From a virus: a DNA stretch of 64,000 bases. The notes below the pieces were generated by a model. That model was not told the origin of the DNA, ran no database searches, and saw only the letters and a program-made list of their open reading frames with translations. The stretch covers positions 1-64,000 of the IMG/VR virus record IMGVR_UViG_3300019763_000001; one strand, written 5' to 3'. Position numbers and translations under genes: made by a program. Below are positions 1-9,518 of this stretch, piece after piece (position 1 is the stretch's first letter; each line of letters begins with the position of its first letter).

Positions 1-51
1 ACCTTATTCCACTCTCTAACCCCTTCGCAAATTTATTTTGCAAACATAAAT

Positions 52-129
52 GGGCCAATAGTATAATCGGTTAATACGCTCGCCTCATAAGCGAAAGAAG
101 GAGCGGTTCGAATCCGCCTTGGCCCACCA
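52..129 (+). tRNA. tRNA with CAT anticodon (elongator Met or Ile2)
   Basis: Acceptor GGGCCAA/TTGGCCC, D arm GTAT..ATAC, 7-nt anticodon loop CTCATAA (CAT at 86-88), GGTTCGAATCC T loop, encoded CCA. G1-C72 pair argues against initiator. Confidence 0.92.
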
Positions 130-165
130 CGTTTTTTCAAATTTCCTGAAATCATCATAAAAAGC

Positions 166-194
166 TTGCATTCATAATCAGCATGATAGATAAT
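166..194 (+). promoter_or_regulatory. sigma70-type early promoter
   Basis: TTGCAT-17 nt-GATAAT upstream of the ORF at 243. Confidence 0.5.
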
Positions 195-242
195 AGCGTC
201 AAGTTAAGGGATGATCCCTGACGTTATTTCTGAGGTGTCATT

Positions 243-512
243 ATGAAAAAGTACTATGCATTTAACGGACAATCAAACACAACATCAGGACAGCCAAACC
301 GACTAACAGGTCGTTGCTCGTCTTATGGGGATCTTGTGTTGTTTAAAACTAAAAAGGATCGTGACAACTACTGTGACACTTTTAATTATCGTTTCAAAAA
401 CTACCCGCAAGCAACTAATAAAAAAGAGGCAAAAGCAAAATATTTCGCTGGGATGACTCAAAATCAGTTTGATGAATATCTTGAAATGCTAGATTATTAT
501 GCAGAACAGTAG
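243..512 (+). CDS. hypothetical protein, 89 aa
   Basis: GAGGT Shine-Dalgarno. One of very few genes ending in TAG. Confidence 0.75.
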   Translation: MKKYYAFNGQSNTTSGQPNRLTGRCSSYGDLVLFKTKKDRDNYCDTFNYRFKNYPQATNKKEAKAKYFAGMTQNQFDEYLEMLDYYAEQ

Positions 513-617
513 ACTCAAAAATTGTCTAGTAAAAGGAGCTAATAGGCTCTCTCTCTCTTGTTGCAATCCCATCCAAAATGCTATAACTATCAGACCAGTC
601 ATCAATCAATGTAGTCA

Positions 618-693
618 CCTCATAAGCGAAAGAAGGAGCGGTTAGAATCCGCCTTAGCTCCCACTACGTTTTTTTCAAATTTCCTGAAATCAT
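618..693 (+). repeat. degenerate duplicate of the tRNA 3' half and its downstream flank (copy of 83-155)
   Basis: cctcataagcgaaagaaggagcggtt[a]gaatccgcctt...ttttttcaaatttcctgaaatcat nearly identical to 83-155. Confidence 0.9.
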
Positions 694-696
694 TAC

Positions 697-725
697 TTTA
701 CTTCCTCCCTCTATTTTCATACAAT
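697..725 (+). promoter_or_regulatory. T4-like early promoter
   Basis: TTTACT-17 nt-TACAAT. Confidence 0.55.
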
Positions 726-760
726 ACTAATACAAACTAAAGAATTAAAGAGATAACAAC

Positions 761-1072
761 ATGATGAAATTATTTGAAATTACTGACCAAACATCTCCTT
801 TGAACTTCTTTGTTGTTCTAGAAGTTGCTATTGAGAATGAATTAGAAGCTTGGGCTAATGGGGATCGTGAATGGACAGTTTCAAATCAATTCTATGAAGC
901 AGAGTTGGAAACTGCATTGCAAAACATTGAAGCAATGAGCGATTTCGATAAAGAAACTCTATTCAAAACTATTCAGAAAGGCAACTATCATTTGATGGAT
1001 TTAGTGTGTAACCATATTAGCTCATTTAGAGCAGGGCAGATTACACATACAACAGATTTTAGTGTTGATTAA
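761..1072 (+). CDS. hypothetical protein
   Basis: 103-aa ORF downstream of a promoter. Confidence 0.7.
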   Translation: MMKLFEITDQTSPLNFFVVLEVAIENELEAWANGDREWTVSNQFYEAELETALQNIEAMSDFDKETLFKTIQKGNYHLMDLVCNHISSFRAGQITHTTDFSVD

Positions 1073-2540
1073 TACTGAAAACCGTTTGACTCTTAATAAC
1101 TGTTACGCTTATAATGCTTGTATAAAATTTACAAATAAGGAAGAAATTAAAATGAATAATTCGAACCTAGTTTTGCTAATCGCAATTCCAAACCAATTAC
1201 TTTCTTTCCAATATATTGTTGGGAAAAATACTTCTTTGGATACTGTGTTTGTATTGGATAAGAGTTCCAGAACTATAACGTTTATTGATGAGACACTAAG
1301 CGTCAAAAAATTCAATTACATAGGGAATAGTATAAACAAAGATTACTATCAAATTATTGATCTAAATGCGGCGATTGAAAAGCTTATGCGCACTGTCAAT
1401 AGAAATGATCAATTCGAAATGATCAATTCGAACAACGTTATCCACCTGTCAACATCAGCCGGATTGGATGAAAGTTTGACATCAGCCCGAAGTTTCTTAT
1501 GTGATTGTGCAGAAGGCTTCTATGATATTATTTGTTATATCGACATGAAGAAAAAGCATAATGACTACTTTTATGCGTCTGTAGCTAAGAAAAGCAACTC
1601 TTATGATCATGTAGTTGAGCAGTTATTGGAAGCTAACATTGGCAAAGAGTTTGATGTTTATGAGCACATCTTAAAAAGCGCTCCTCCTTGCTTAGTTGAA
1701 TCTTTAAAAAATTCAATACAAGCTTCAAGCGCCAAAGAACTTATGATCAGTCGAATTGAAAAAGATGGTGGTACAGGCAAGTATATGATTGTGTCTGAAT
1801 TATCAAAATCTGGAGCCATTTATCCATATGTGTTTGAATTCGATTCTACTGTTGAAGAGGTTGAGCGTATTTTGGGCGATATGGGCTTAAATGAAGTTGA
1901 AACTCCAGATAAAAGAAACTTTGCAATTTTAGTTCCAAAGAATAAAGGCTATCTATATGGCGAAAGAAAAGTAAATCTTGATGATAGCTTGTTTTTGATT
2001 GTTGTGGCAAATGAAAATGATTTGTCAAAAAGCTCTCTGTTGTCAATATCAAAAGACTTTGAGGTTAATGAATTATCGAATTCGTTTAACTGGAGCAATA
2101 AGGCTGTTATATCAACATCACTATACGAAGAGCTAGATCTTAAACGAGCAATTGAGCAAATTAAATCCGTTGATGAATCATCTAGTTTATGTTCATCTAA
2201 GAGTGTTGAAGAGTTGTGTATTAAGTTGCTATCAAATGAGCCTAGCAAAAAACGATTAGAAGAAACATTCAGCTATTACATGGCATCTGGGTATATTCAG
2301 TTTTTGAATTTAGAATATAGTGATGGTGATGATTTCCTTTCTATTGCTAAAGAAGCATTCTACAAGCTTAAGCCGCTTATTGATACGTATAAGAATCGAT
2401 ATAGCAATCTTGTTTGTACAGTATTTCGATACAAAGAATATGAAAAAATCTTCAAATTCAATAACGTTAATGAAGTGCTATTAGTTAAAGTTGATGTTAA
2501 CGGCGAACGAATCGCTGCTAAATTTACAACAACTGACTAA
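1062..2540 (+). CDS. hypothetical protein (true start possibly ATG 1152)
   Basis: Long ORF, no recognised motif. Confidence 0.75.
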   Translation: MLINTENRLTLNNCYAYNACIKFTNKEEIKMNNSNLVLLIAIPNQLLSFQYIVGKNTSLDTVFVLDKSSRTITFIDETLSVKKFNYIGNSINKDYYQIIDLNAAIEKLMRTVNRNDQFEMINSNNVIHLSTSAGLDESLTSARSFLCDCAEGFYDIICYIDMKKKHNDYFYASVAKKSNSYDHVVEQLLEANIGKEFDVYEHILKSAPPCLVESLKNSIQASSAKELMISRIEKDGGTGKYMIVSELSKSGAIYPYVFEFDSTVEEVERILGDMGLNEVETPDKRNFAILVPKNKGYLYGERKVNLDDSLFLIVVANENDLSKSSLLSISKDFEVNELSNSFNWSNKAVISTSLYEELDLKRAIEQIKSVDESSSLCSSKSVEELCIKLLSNEPSKKRLEETFSYYMASGYIQFLNLEYSDGDDFLSIAKEAFYKLKPLIDTYKNRYSNLVCTVFRYKEYEKIFKFNNVNEVLLVKVDVNGERIAAKFTTTD

Positions 2541-2599
2541 TTTTGTGCCGGATCGTATAATTCTATACGATCCAAATTAATCGTGGCGGTGGTGATGAT

Positions 2600-2851
2600 G
2601 TGAACAATTTGAAAAGTATTGATTGGAATGAAGCTAGCGAGCTAGGTTTAATTGAGAAAATAAATCGAGAAGTGCTGCACCCACTAGGTCTTGCAATGAC
2701 AAGAAATCCTGAAACTGGTGTTAGCGAAAACTTGCTAATTTCTGAAGACGGTAAATGGGAGTATGCGCAAGAAATGAAAACAAAAATTCTACCTGATCAT
2801 GAAGTAAAGAAAATGATTTCGGATAAATTTACAACAACGGATGAGGTTTAA
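2600..2851 (+). CDS. conserved small phage protein
   Basis: IDWNEASELGLIEKINREVLHPLGLAM resembles a recurrent phage hypothetical family. Confidence 0.7.
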   Translation: MNNLKSIDWNEASELGLIEKINREVLHPLGLAMTRNPETGVSENLLISEDGKWEYAQEMKTKILPDHEVKKMISDKFTTTDEV

Positions 2852-3422
2852 GTATATGGGTATCATGACGCAAAACCCAATTGAAATTATCGATGGGTGT
2901 ATAGTAACAGCAGCAAAGGAAGATAAAATTGATGTACTCTTCCACCAAGTTAATACGCTAGGTGTTATGGGCGGTGGGGTAGCTCTAGAAATTCGTGATG
3001 AGTTTCCTGATCACTATGAAGATTACTTGGCTACTTGTGATATATCATCATCATCAGAATTTGTTGAAGAACAAGATTTAATGGGTGCATATGTTGTCAC
3101 CGATATAATGGCAGATGAAGATACTGATTCCGTTAAATTGAAAATTTGTGGCGTATTTGGTCAACGCACTATTAAAAGTGGTATGGATGATTATAGAGTT
3201 CATACTAACTATGCAGCTCTATTCATGGGCATTGTTGATGTGATTAGATATGAATTAGATTATGATTCAGACTATGAATCAGAATACACGGTTGCATTTC
3301 CATACTTGATTGGTTGCGGATTAGCTGGTGGTGAATGGAATGTAGTTGATTCATATATTCGAACATTACAAGATCTTTACCCTAAATTAAAGTTTGTGTA
3401 CTACAAGTACACACCAAAATAA
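2841..3422 (+). CDS. macrodomain (ADP-ribose-processing, T4 Tk.4/Poa1p-like) protein
   Basis: HQVNTLGVMGGGVALEIRDEFP and AFPYLIGCGLAGGEW macrodomain motifs. Confidence 0.85.
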   Translation: MRFKYMGIMTQNPIEIIDGCIVTAAKEDKIDVLFHQVNTLGVMGGGVALEIRDEFPDHYEDYLATCDISSSSEFVEEQDLMGAYVVTDIMADEDTDSVKLKICGVFGQRTIKSGMDDYRVHTNYAALFMGIVDVIRYELDYDSDYESEYTVAFPYLIGCGLAGGEWNVVDSYIRTLQDLYPKLKFVYYKYTPK

Positions 3423-3437
3423 AGGAGAATTTTATTT

Positions 3438-3938
3438 ATGGCAAATAATAATGATAAGCTAGGGATGATGATTTATGCAGTAGCATCAGTTATCAGATGT
3501 TCAGCCATTACGGCCCATAACCTAAATAAGTATCACTGTGAAAAGATTGGTGATACCAGTCAAAAACCTTGGGAAGAAACGCCGCATGAACTGAGAGTGA
3601 GTGCTGTTAACGGTATCACATCATACTATACTAATCCTAATACAACCCCACAAATGTCTCATCAGAGTTGGATGACAGAGAAGATTGATAATGGTTGGGT
3701 ATATGGTGAAGTCAAAGATATTGAAAAGAAAACTCACCCATGCTTAGTTCCATATACAGAGTTAAGCGAACATGATAGAGAAAAGGATAAACTATTTTCC
3801 ATCGTAGGTAAATCATCTTATGAACATTTTATCTCAGCTTTGATTTGTGATCATCCAAACATTAAGGGAGTTGTTGAAAATTTACTTCAAAATGAAGAAT
3901 GCGCCGAAATGATCACAGACATTGCATCAGAAATTTAA
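3438..3938 (+). CDS. RyR-domain protein
   Basis: HQSWMTEKIDNGWVYGEVKDIEKKTHPCLVPYTELSEHDREKD matches the RyR repeat signature. Confidence 0.85.
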   Translation: MANNNDKLGMMIYAVASVIRCSAITAHNLNKYHCEKIGDTSQKPWEETPHELRVSAVNGITSYYTNPNTTPQMSHQSWMTEKIDNGWVYGEVKDIEKKTHPCLVPYTELSEHDREKDKLFSIVGKSSYEHFISALICDHPNIKGVVENLLQNEECAEMITDIASEI

Positions 3939-3997
3939 ATGATGCAATAAATCTTCAAAAAATGACAATAAATGATGAATTTATTGTCATTTCCATC

Positions 3998-4026
3998 TTG
4001 TAATATCACTTCAGTTCCTTTACAAT
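3998..4026 (+). promoter_or_regulatory. early promoter of rIIA
   Basis: TTGTAA-17 nt-TACAAT, preceded by hairpin tgacaataaat/atttattgtca. Confidence 0.6.
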
Positions 4027-4062
4027 ATACTTATATTGAAAACAACATTTTAGAGGTTAGAG

Positions 4063-7000
4063 ATGATCCCAGTAGAAAAAGTAACACGAAACACCCAAAC
4101 AATGGGAATGGAAAACGCTGAAAAGATTGAATTTCGTCTAACAGCTGAAGAGTTTCGAAACAGTTACGCTACAATATACTCATATAGAGAAGAAGCTGTT
4201 GTACGTGAGTATATCACAAATGCAATTGATGCTCATATCATGGCTGATAAGCTTGATACACCAATCAAAATTTATGTACCAACTAACCTACAACCTCTAT
4301 TGATCATTGAGGATGAAGGGATCGGCTTAGAAAAAATTGAAACCATCTTAACGTTCAATCAATCAACAAAAACACGCGACAATAAAACAAACGGGCGTTT
4401 GGGTAAAGGTGCTAAGTCAGCTTATGCAATTGCTGATACATTTACAGTGACCTTCACAAAAGATGGTTGGACAGAGAAATGGGTAGCGTATATTGATGAT
4501 CAAGGTATGCCCATGCGAAACAGAATTTCGAGGACAGAAACTCCAGATAAAGGAAATGGCGTTAGAATCGAGATTCCAATTTCTGCTGAGCGTATGCACT
4601 CTATTCTTCTAGCATTGCAAAAGATCTTATGTTTCGTAACGTATCCTTACGAAATTGTCAATGATCCAGATCTAATAATCCCTAAGCTTGAGACGACGAC
4701 TGATAACACTCAAATATTTCTTAAAGATGTTGTAACAACTTGGACTGAAACTAAATCATATTACTGCGACGTTGAAGATAAAGTTGTTACAAATGAAATT
4801 GAAAAAACTTTTGAAGTTGGTGATTGCAGTATCAATTCTTATGAAGTTGTTGGCGATAGAGTGAGAATGGATAAATTGATGATTCGTCAAGCCAACGTTG
4901 TGTACCCTGTTGACGTTCAACAGTTGGATGATGATACAGAAGAAAAGTTGAATGCACTAACTAACAATATTGGTTATGGCTACAATAACAAATGTCTAAT
5001 TATCGACGTTCCTATTGGTACAGTTGAGTTTCAACCATCTCGCGAACAATTGACATATGATGGTCTTTCTCTTAAAAATATTCAGTCGATTGTTAGTGAA
5101 ACAATCAACCTAATAATCAAAAAGTACCTTGATGTTGTTGATGCAATTGTGGCTAAAAAAGCATGTTTAGTAGGATTCGATGAAGATATTCCTACTGTCT
5201 ATGCTTTATATATCTATATTAACACAATTGAAAATACGAAAACTCGCGAATACATTTCTCGATATATTAAGAAGACACACTCTCATATTTTTAATGAAGA
5301 TGACTTTAGTTATTCTCGATCAATTATTGAACGCACAGTATATTCATCTATCCATTTATTTCTGACAAGCAAAGTGTACAAAGTTGAAGATAGACGCCAT
5401 CAACAACATCATATTAATGACTTTTCTTTCGTTAGTGTCGAAAAAGACTATGACTTTGAGATTGGTCGCATGAAGACTATAGTTAGAATTCCGAAAGAAA
5501 AAGTTTGTGTTGAACATCCTCAGCTTCATTACACAAACGATGATAAGAAACGAGTGTTTTATGCATTTATTGATGAGCACGGCAATACAAATCGTTGGAA
5601 GATGAAAGCGCGTAGAATGATGGAAAACCTCACTAAGAGTGGAGGGTCATCTAATGGTAATCATAGAGACAAAAGAACACAGTTGATTATCATTAAGTAC
5701 AATACCGGATTGTTTAAGAATGTCGGCGAAGCAGCGCTATCTTTTACTCAGCGATACCCCCATCTAAACTTATTGCCTGAGTTGGTTAATGATGTCTCGT
5801 TGATTGATGATTCAGATTTAATTGATCAAGAGAAAAAGGCGAATTACAAATATTTCACAAGTATTGATTCTTTAAACAGATTGCATTCTATTAGTGATGC
5901 TAATGCTAAGACATTTGAAGAGTTGGATAATGACAAAACTGTATTCTTACCCATTTACAGAGGAGAGCTTACAGTAGATGATGAAAGCCATATTCCGGAT
6001 TGCTTATCTTCAAAAAGAATTTTTAGCATCAATAATGCAAACGTTATACAAAATTTCTTCAAGGCTATTAATGCTATTTCTCAAATTTGTGAATTTGATG
6101 ATGTGATTAGAGAGTATAACTTAATTGCTGTTCCATATCGATTCTTACCAAAATTTCACAAAAACTGCCCTAATGCGCTCAACTTGAAAGAGTTTGGTAA
6201 TACGCTCGTAGAAATGAGTAAAAAAGAAGTTGAAGAATTTGTTGACAAAACAGATGTGAGTAAAATTGAAGAGAGTCAGTATATTAAACGTATAAACACA
6301 TTGCGTCATATATTTGATCCGCAGCGTGAAAATTCAGATACTTGCATTAATAAAACCGCAGCTGCATTATTTAGGCATATGAATGGAAATGTGCTTAGAG
6401 TTAAACACAAATTACAGGCTTATGAAAATGATGATGAGCTTGTAAAAGAAGCTATTGAGAAATGTAATGAATTTAGAGGATATATGACTGATTTGATCTT
6501 GTACAGCAATAAGTATAAGAGCGATTATGAAGTAGAATTGGTTATTTCAAAGAATCGTGAAATATCATCTCTTATTTGGGCCATCTCCGTTTTTAATGAA
6601 GCAGAATTTAATTTCAATCCATTTAGTTGTATTGACAAGTTGGTTGTTTCGAATAAGGATAATGTTGTTAATTCGGTCGTGAGCATCGAATATTTGCAAA
6701 AACGTTTTAACACCATTAACTATAAACATTTTTCATACGTATTTTTAGATATATTTAAACGTATGATCAAAAAGATTACAGATGAAATGGGTGGCATTTT
6801 TACGTTAAACGGAAGAGAAGCGTTCCCAGCTCTAGATAAATGGGATATTAAACACTGTTTTGATGGCTATATTAGTTATACTGAAGCCCATAAAATTAAA
6901 GTAGCTAAGTGCGTAAAGGTTGCATCAGAAATCATTAGAGTATATAATATTTCAGAAGAAATTAAAAAATCAGGAGAAAACAAACAATGCATAAATACAC

Positions 7001-7101
7001 AAAAGATGAAAAATTTGAAGCGTACTACACCCACTGTAAAAAGGGTAACAGTACCATTGCGGAGACAGCTAAACAAACAGGTTATGACCGACGCCGTTTG
7101 A
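4063..7101 (+). CDS. rIIA: rIIA-like protein (N-terminal GHKL ATPase)
   Basis: VREYITNAIDAH, IEDEGIG, GRLGKGAKS, FQPSREQL motifs; followed by rIIB. Confidence 0.9.
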   Translation: MIPVEKVTRNTQTMGMENAEKIEFRLTAEEFRNSYATIYSYREEAVVREYITNAIDAHIMADKLDTPIKIYVPTNLQPLLIIEDEGIGLEKIETILTFNQSTKTRDNKTNGRLGKGAKSAYAIADTFTVTFTKDGWTEKWVAYIDDQGMPMRNRISRTETPDKGNGVRIEIPISAERMHSILLALQKILCFVTYPYEIVNDPDLIIPKLETTTDNTQIFLKDVVTTWTETKSYYCDVEDKVVTNEIEKTFEVGDCSINSYEVVGDRVRMDKLMIRQANVVYPVDVQQLDDDTEEKLNALTNNIGYGYNNKCLIIDVPIGTVEFQPSREQLTYDGLSLKNIQSIVSETINLIIKKYLDVVDAIVAKKACLVGFDEDIPTVYALYIYINTIENTKTREYISRYIKKTHSHIFNEDDFSYSRSIIERTVYSSIHLFLTSKVYKVEDRRHQQHHINDFSFVSVEKDYDFEIGRMKTIVRIPKEKVCVEHPQLHYTNDDKKRVFYAFIDEHGNTNRWKMKARRMMENLTKSGGSSNGNHRDKRTQLIIIKYNTGLFKNVGEAALSFTQRYPHLNLLPELVNDVSLIDDSDLIDQEKKANYKYFTSIDSLNRLHSISDANAKTFEELDNDKTVFLPIYRGELTVDDESHIPDCLSSKRIFSINNANVIQNFFKAINAISQICEFDDVIREYNLIAVPYRFLPKFHKNCPNALNLKEFGNTLVEMSKKEVEEFVDKTDVSKIEESQYIKRINTLRHIFDPQRENSDTCINKTAAALFRHMNGNVLRVKHKLQAYENDDELVKEAIEKCNEFRGYMTDLILYSNKYKSDYEVELVISKNREISSLIWAISVFNEAEFNFNPFSCIDKLVVSNKDNVVNSVVSIEYLQKRFNTINYKHFSYVFLDIFKRMIKKITDEMGGIFTLNGREAFPALDKWDIKHCFDGYISYTEAHKIKVAKCVKVASEIIRVYNISEEIKKSGENKQCINTQKMKNLKRTTPTVKRVTVPLRRQLNKQVMTDAV

Positions 7102-8381
7102 GTGAGTGGTTCTCAGCTATTAAAACTAAACTCAAAAAAGAATATGAAGAATGGATTTCTAACCGTAGTGATGAAACAGAATTGTTTACACCATCTGTTG
7201 AAGATGAACTAACTACTACAACATCTGTTGCATTGATGGATCTAACTTTGTGCAAAGAAGTCACTTCATTTGATGCATGGTTTGATACTCTTAACACTTA
7301 TGCAGAAAGTAAAGAAAAATGTATTAAATCCAAAGATGAATGGGAAGAGTCATACAGTGCAGGATTTACAGTTGAAGAGGCATTTCAATATGAATTTGGT
7401 GACGACAAGGACAACTCAATTAAGCTTGATTCAGAAGGTGCAGAGACTGTAAAGCAGTCTCTTGAAAACCCTCCTGAGATGAATGATAAGCTGTTGCAAG
7501 CTTCCGAACAGTGTCAATTGAAAGAGGAAGAGTCGACATCAAAGAAAATGCCAGAGCAGATGATCGTAACAGATAATAGCGTTATGATTAAAGAGTTTGA
7601 TAGTGATGAAGTCATTGTTGTTGATACATCACATAAGAATTTCATCAACATCAGAGCGTTGATGGAGTATAGAAAGCCGGAACAAGTTGATTGGGTTCGC
7701 GTATATGACCTAATAAACATTAAAAGTCGTATTGAGAATTACACATCAGCGTCTGGCAAAATTTCTGTAAAAGATGGTCGATTGGTGTACAAAAACCGTC
7801 ATTTGACTGGTAAGTGTGCAGATCATATCATCAAACTAATGGAAGAGGGTGATGAAGATTTTGAACGTTACGTTAACTTCTATGAACTGTTGATGAAAAA
7901 TCCATGTAATTGGGCTGTTGATCGTCTATTCTTATTCTTAATTGAAAATGACATTTATATTAGGGAAGATGGTCTATTTGTTGCTTATCGATCAGTTGCG
8001 AAAGGGTTTAAAGATAAGCACACAGGGAAGTTTGATAATAGCCCAGGTGTCTACCAAAAAGTGGATCGAAATGAAGTGGATCCGGATTGGAATAAAGATT
8101 GCTCGCATGGGTTACATATTGCAGCTAAACCTTACTTAGATAATACCTGGGGATACGATGCGTTGATTGAATGTTATGTTAACCCTGCTAATGTCGTAGC
8201 TATCCCGACATATAAACAATTTTCAAAGATCAGAGTCTGTGCTTACTATGTTTCTGCTCATTTGGACGTTGAAGATTTCAGACCACGAAAATATGGGGAA
8301 GACCTTTTAAATACTAAGGTTATTGTTGATAAGCGTAGCGAAATGCCCCAGGAAATTTACGACTTGGTTATTGAAGCGTAA
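6987..8381 (+). CDS. rIIB: rIIB-like protein
   Basis: N-terminal HTH; LFLFLIENDIYIREDGLFVAYRSV, CSHGLHIA, VNPANVVAIP, KIRVCAY motifs. Confidence 0.9.
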   Translation: MHKYTKDEKFEAYYTHCKKGNSTIAETAKQTGYDRRRLSEWFSAIKTKLKKEYEEWISNRSDETELFTPSVEDELTTTTSVALMDLTLCKEVTSFDAWFDTLNTYAESKEKCIKSKDEWEESYSAGFTVEEAFQYEFGDDKDNSIKLDSEGAETVKQSLENPPEMNDKLLQASEQCQLKEEESTSKKMPEQMIVTDNSVMIKEFDSDEVIVVDTSHKNFINIRALMEYRKPEQVDWVRVYDLINIKSRIENYTSASGKISVKDGRLVYKNRHLTGKCADHIIKLMEEGDEDFERYVNFYELLMKNPCNWAVDRLFLFLIENDIYIREDGLFVAYRSVAKGFKDKHTGKFDNSPGVYQKVDRNEVDPDWNKDCSHGLHIAAKPYLDNTWGYDALIECYVNPANVVAIPTYKQFSKIRVCAYYVSAHLDVEDFRPRKYGEDLLNTKVIVDKRSEMPQEIYDLVIEA

Positions 8382-8388
8382 AACATCA

Positions 8389-8396
8389 TATAAATA
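8389..8396 (+). promoter_or_regulatory. T4-type late promoter
   Basis: TATAAATA. Confidence 0.75.
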
Positions 8397-8450
8397 ATAA
8401 ATGGGGGAGAATTATTTCTCCCATTTCTAATAATTTGGGAGATATTTAAA

Positions 8451-8849
8451 ATGAGTAAACCAATTCCTAGCGGTATTCGAATTCCAAAATGTCCAGAGGG
8501 CAAAACATTAGCGCTGATTCAAACGGGATTCATTGCAATTGATGATAAAGGTGTTAGTGAATCGCTTATTCGCTTTAGCAATTTGAGAGGTGCAATTGAA
8601 GAGTACTTCGGAGATGATATGCCAGAAGAATATAAAGAACTCATTGCCGTTGGTGATAAGTTTATTTCTGGTGCTAAAGTGGAACCAGTTGTTGAGGAAC
8701 CTGTTACAGAGGATGTCGTTGAACCAGTTGTTGAGGAACCTGTTACAGAGGATGTCGTTGAACCAGTTGTTGATCCTGTTACAGAGGAACCTGTTGTTGA
8801 ACAGCCACTAAAGCGAAGAGGTCGCAAGCCTGCTGTTAAAAAGGATTGA
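8451..8849 (+). CDS. hypothetical late protein with acidic repeats and basic tail
   Basis: Follows late promoter; GGAG SD. Confidence 0.75.
   Translation: MSKPIPSGIRIPKCPEGKTLALIQTGFIAIDDKGVSESLIRFSNLRGAIEEYFGDDMPEEYKELIAVGDKFISGAKVEPVVEEPVTEDVVEPVVEEPVTEDVVEPVVDPVTEEPVVEQPLKRRGRKPAVKKD
8682..8800 (+). repeat. 39-bp coding tandem repeat (EPVVEEPVTEDVV)
   Basis: Two exact copies (8682-8720, 8721-8759) plus a partial third. Confidence 0.9.
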
Positions 8850-8852
8850 TTT

Positions 8853-9002
8853 ATGATTTCTTTTACTGATTATCGTAAGCGAGTTAAGGAAGAATCAGAA
8901 CCAGCAACAACTACAGTTGCAGATAGTGGTAGTGCTTTGGACAAAGACTCTGTTATGAAAATTAATAGTAAGAAAAAGAAATGTGAAAAAGGTGGGAAGT
9001 GA
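8853..9002 (+). CDS. 49-aa small protein, possible internal head protein
   Basis: Not in ORF track. MISFTDYRKRVKEESEPATTTVADSG...; AAGGA SD. Confidence 0.55.
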   Translation: MISFTDYRKRVKEESEPATTTVADSGSALDKDSVMKINSKKKKCEKGGK

Positions 9003-9005
9003 TTC

Positions 9006-9518
9006 TCACCTTTTTCTTTTATTTATTTTGCCGGGAACTAGATCGTACTCAGTCCACTTAAGAAATTTCAATCCATTCCGTTTACAGAACTCTTCTGTAG
9101 CGGCCCACTTTGCAGAATTAACAATCCAGTTTTGCTCTTCATATATTTGCTGCTTTTTGTTTTTACCAACTCTCTTTGGTGGGATAGTTTCTTTATAAGG
9201 CTTTATTTCGATAAGCGCTTTAACAATACTATCATCGTTCATCTTAAACTCCACATACAAATCCATGAAGTAGTTTGATACATTACCTCTTATTGGGTGT
9301 ATGTATGGAATTTTAACGATTTCACTTCCCCATCTAACGATATTTGAATTTCCATCACAATACCTAAATGCAGTATACTCCCACCCTGATCTAAACATTA
9401 TAGGTTCTTTTGTATCCCCTTGTATAACTTTTTCAGGGTGCTTTGGAACGTATATACCTTGTCTTAAGTTTTTGTTGCTTCCATTCAATGATGGTTTGAA
9501 ATTACCTGCCATAACCAT
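9006..9518 (-). CDS. gp4: head completion nuclease
   Basis: QGIYVPKHPEK, FRSGWE, WGSEIVKIPY, YFMDLYV, LIEIKP, VNSAKW motifs. Confidence 0.9.
   Translation of the reverse strand: MVMAGNFKPSLNGSNKNLRQGIYVPKHPEKVIQGDTKEPIMFRSGWEYTAFRYCDGNSNIVRWGSEIVKIPYIHPIRGNVSNYFMDLYVEFKMNDDSIVKALIEIKPYKETIPPKRVGKNKKQQIYEEQNWIVNSAKWAATEEFCKRNGLKFLKWTEYDLVPGKINKRKR

Noticed and set aside
52-129. This tRNA as the quadruplet suppressor
   Set aside because: It has a normal 7-nt loop with a CAT anticodon.
510-646. Eleventh recoding site at the TAGA ending ORF 243-512
   Set aside because: The +1 frame stays open for 43 codons to another TAGA at 643, but it crosses a hairpin, a promoter-like tract and the tRNA remnant, and does not look protein-like.
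6987-7101. rIIA/rIIB 115-nt overlap as a frameshift
   Set aside because: rIIB has its own AGGAG SD and ATG, and no TAG is involved.
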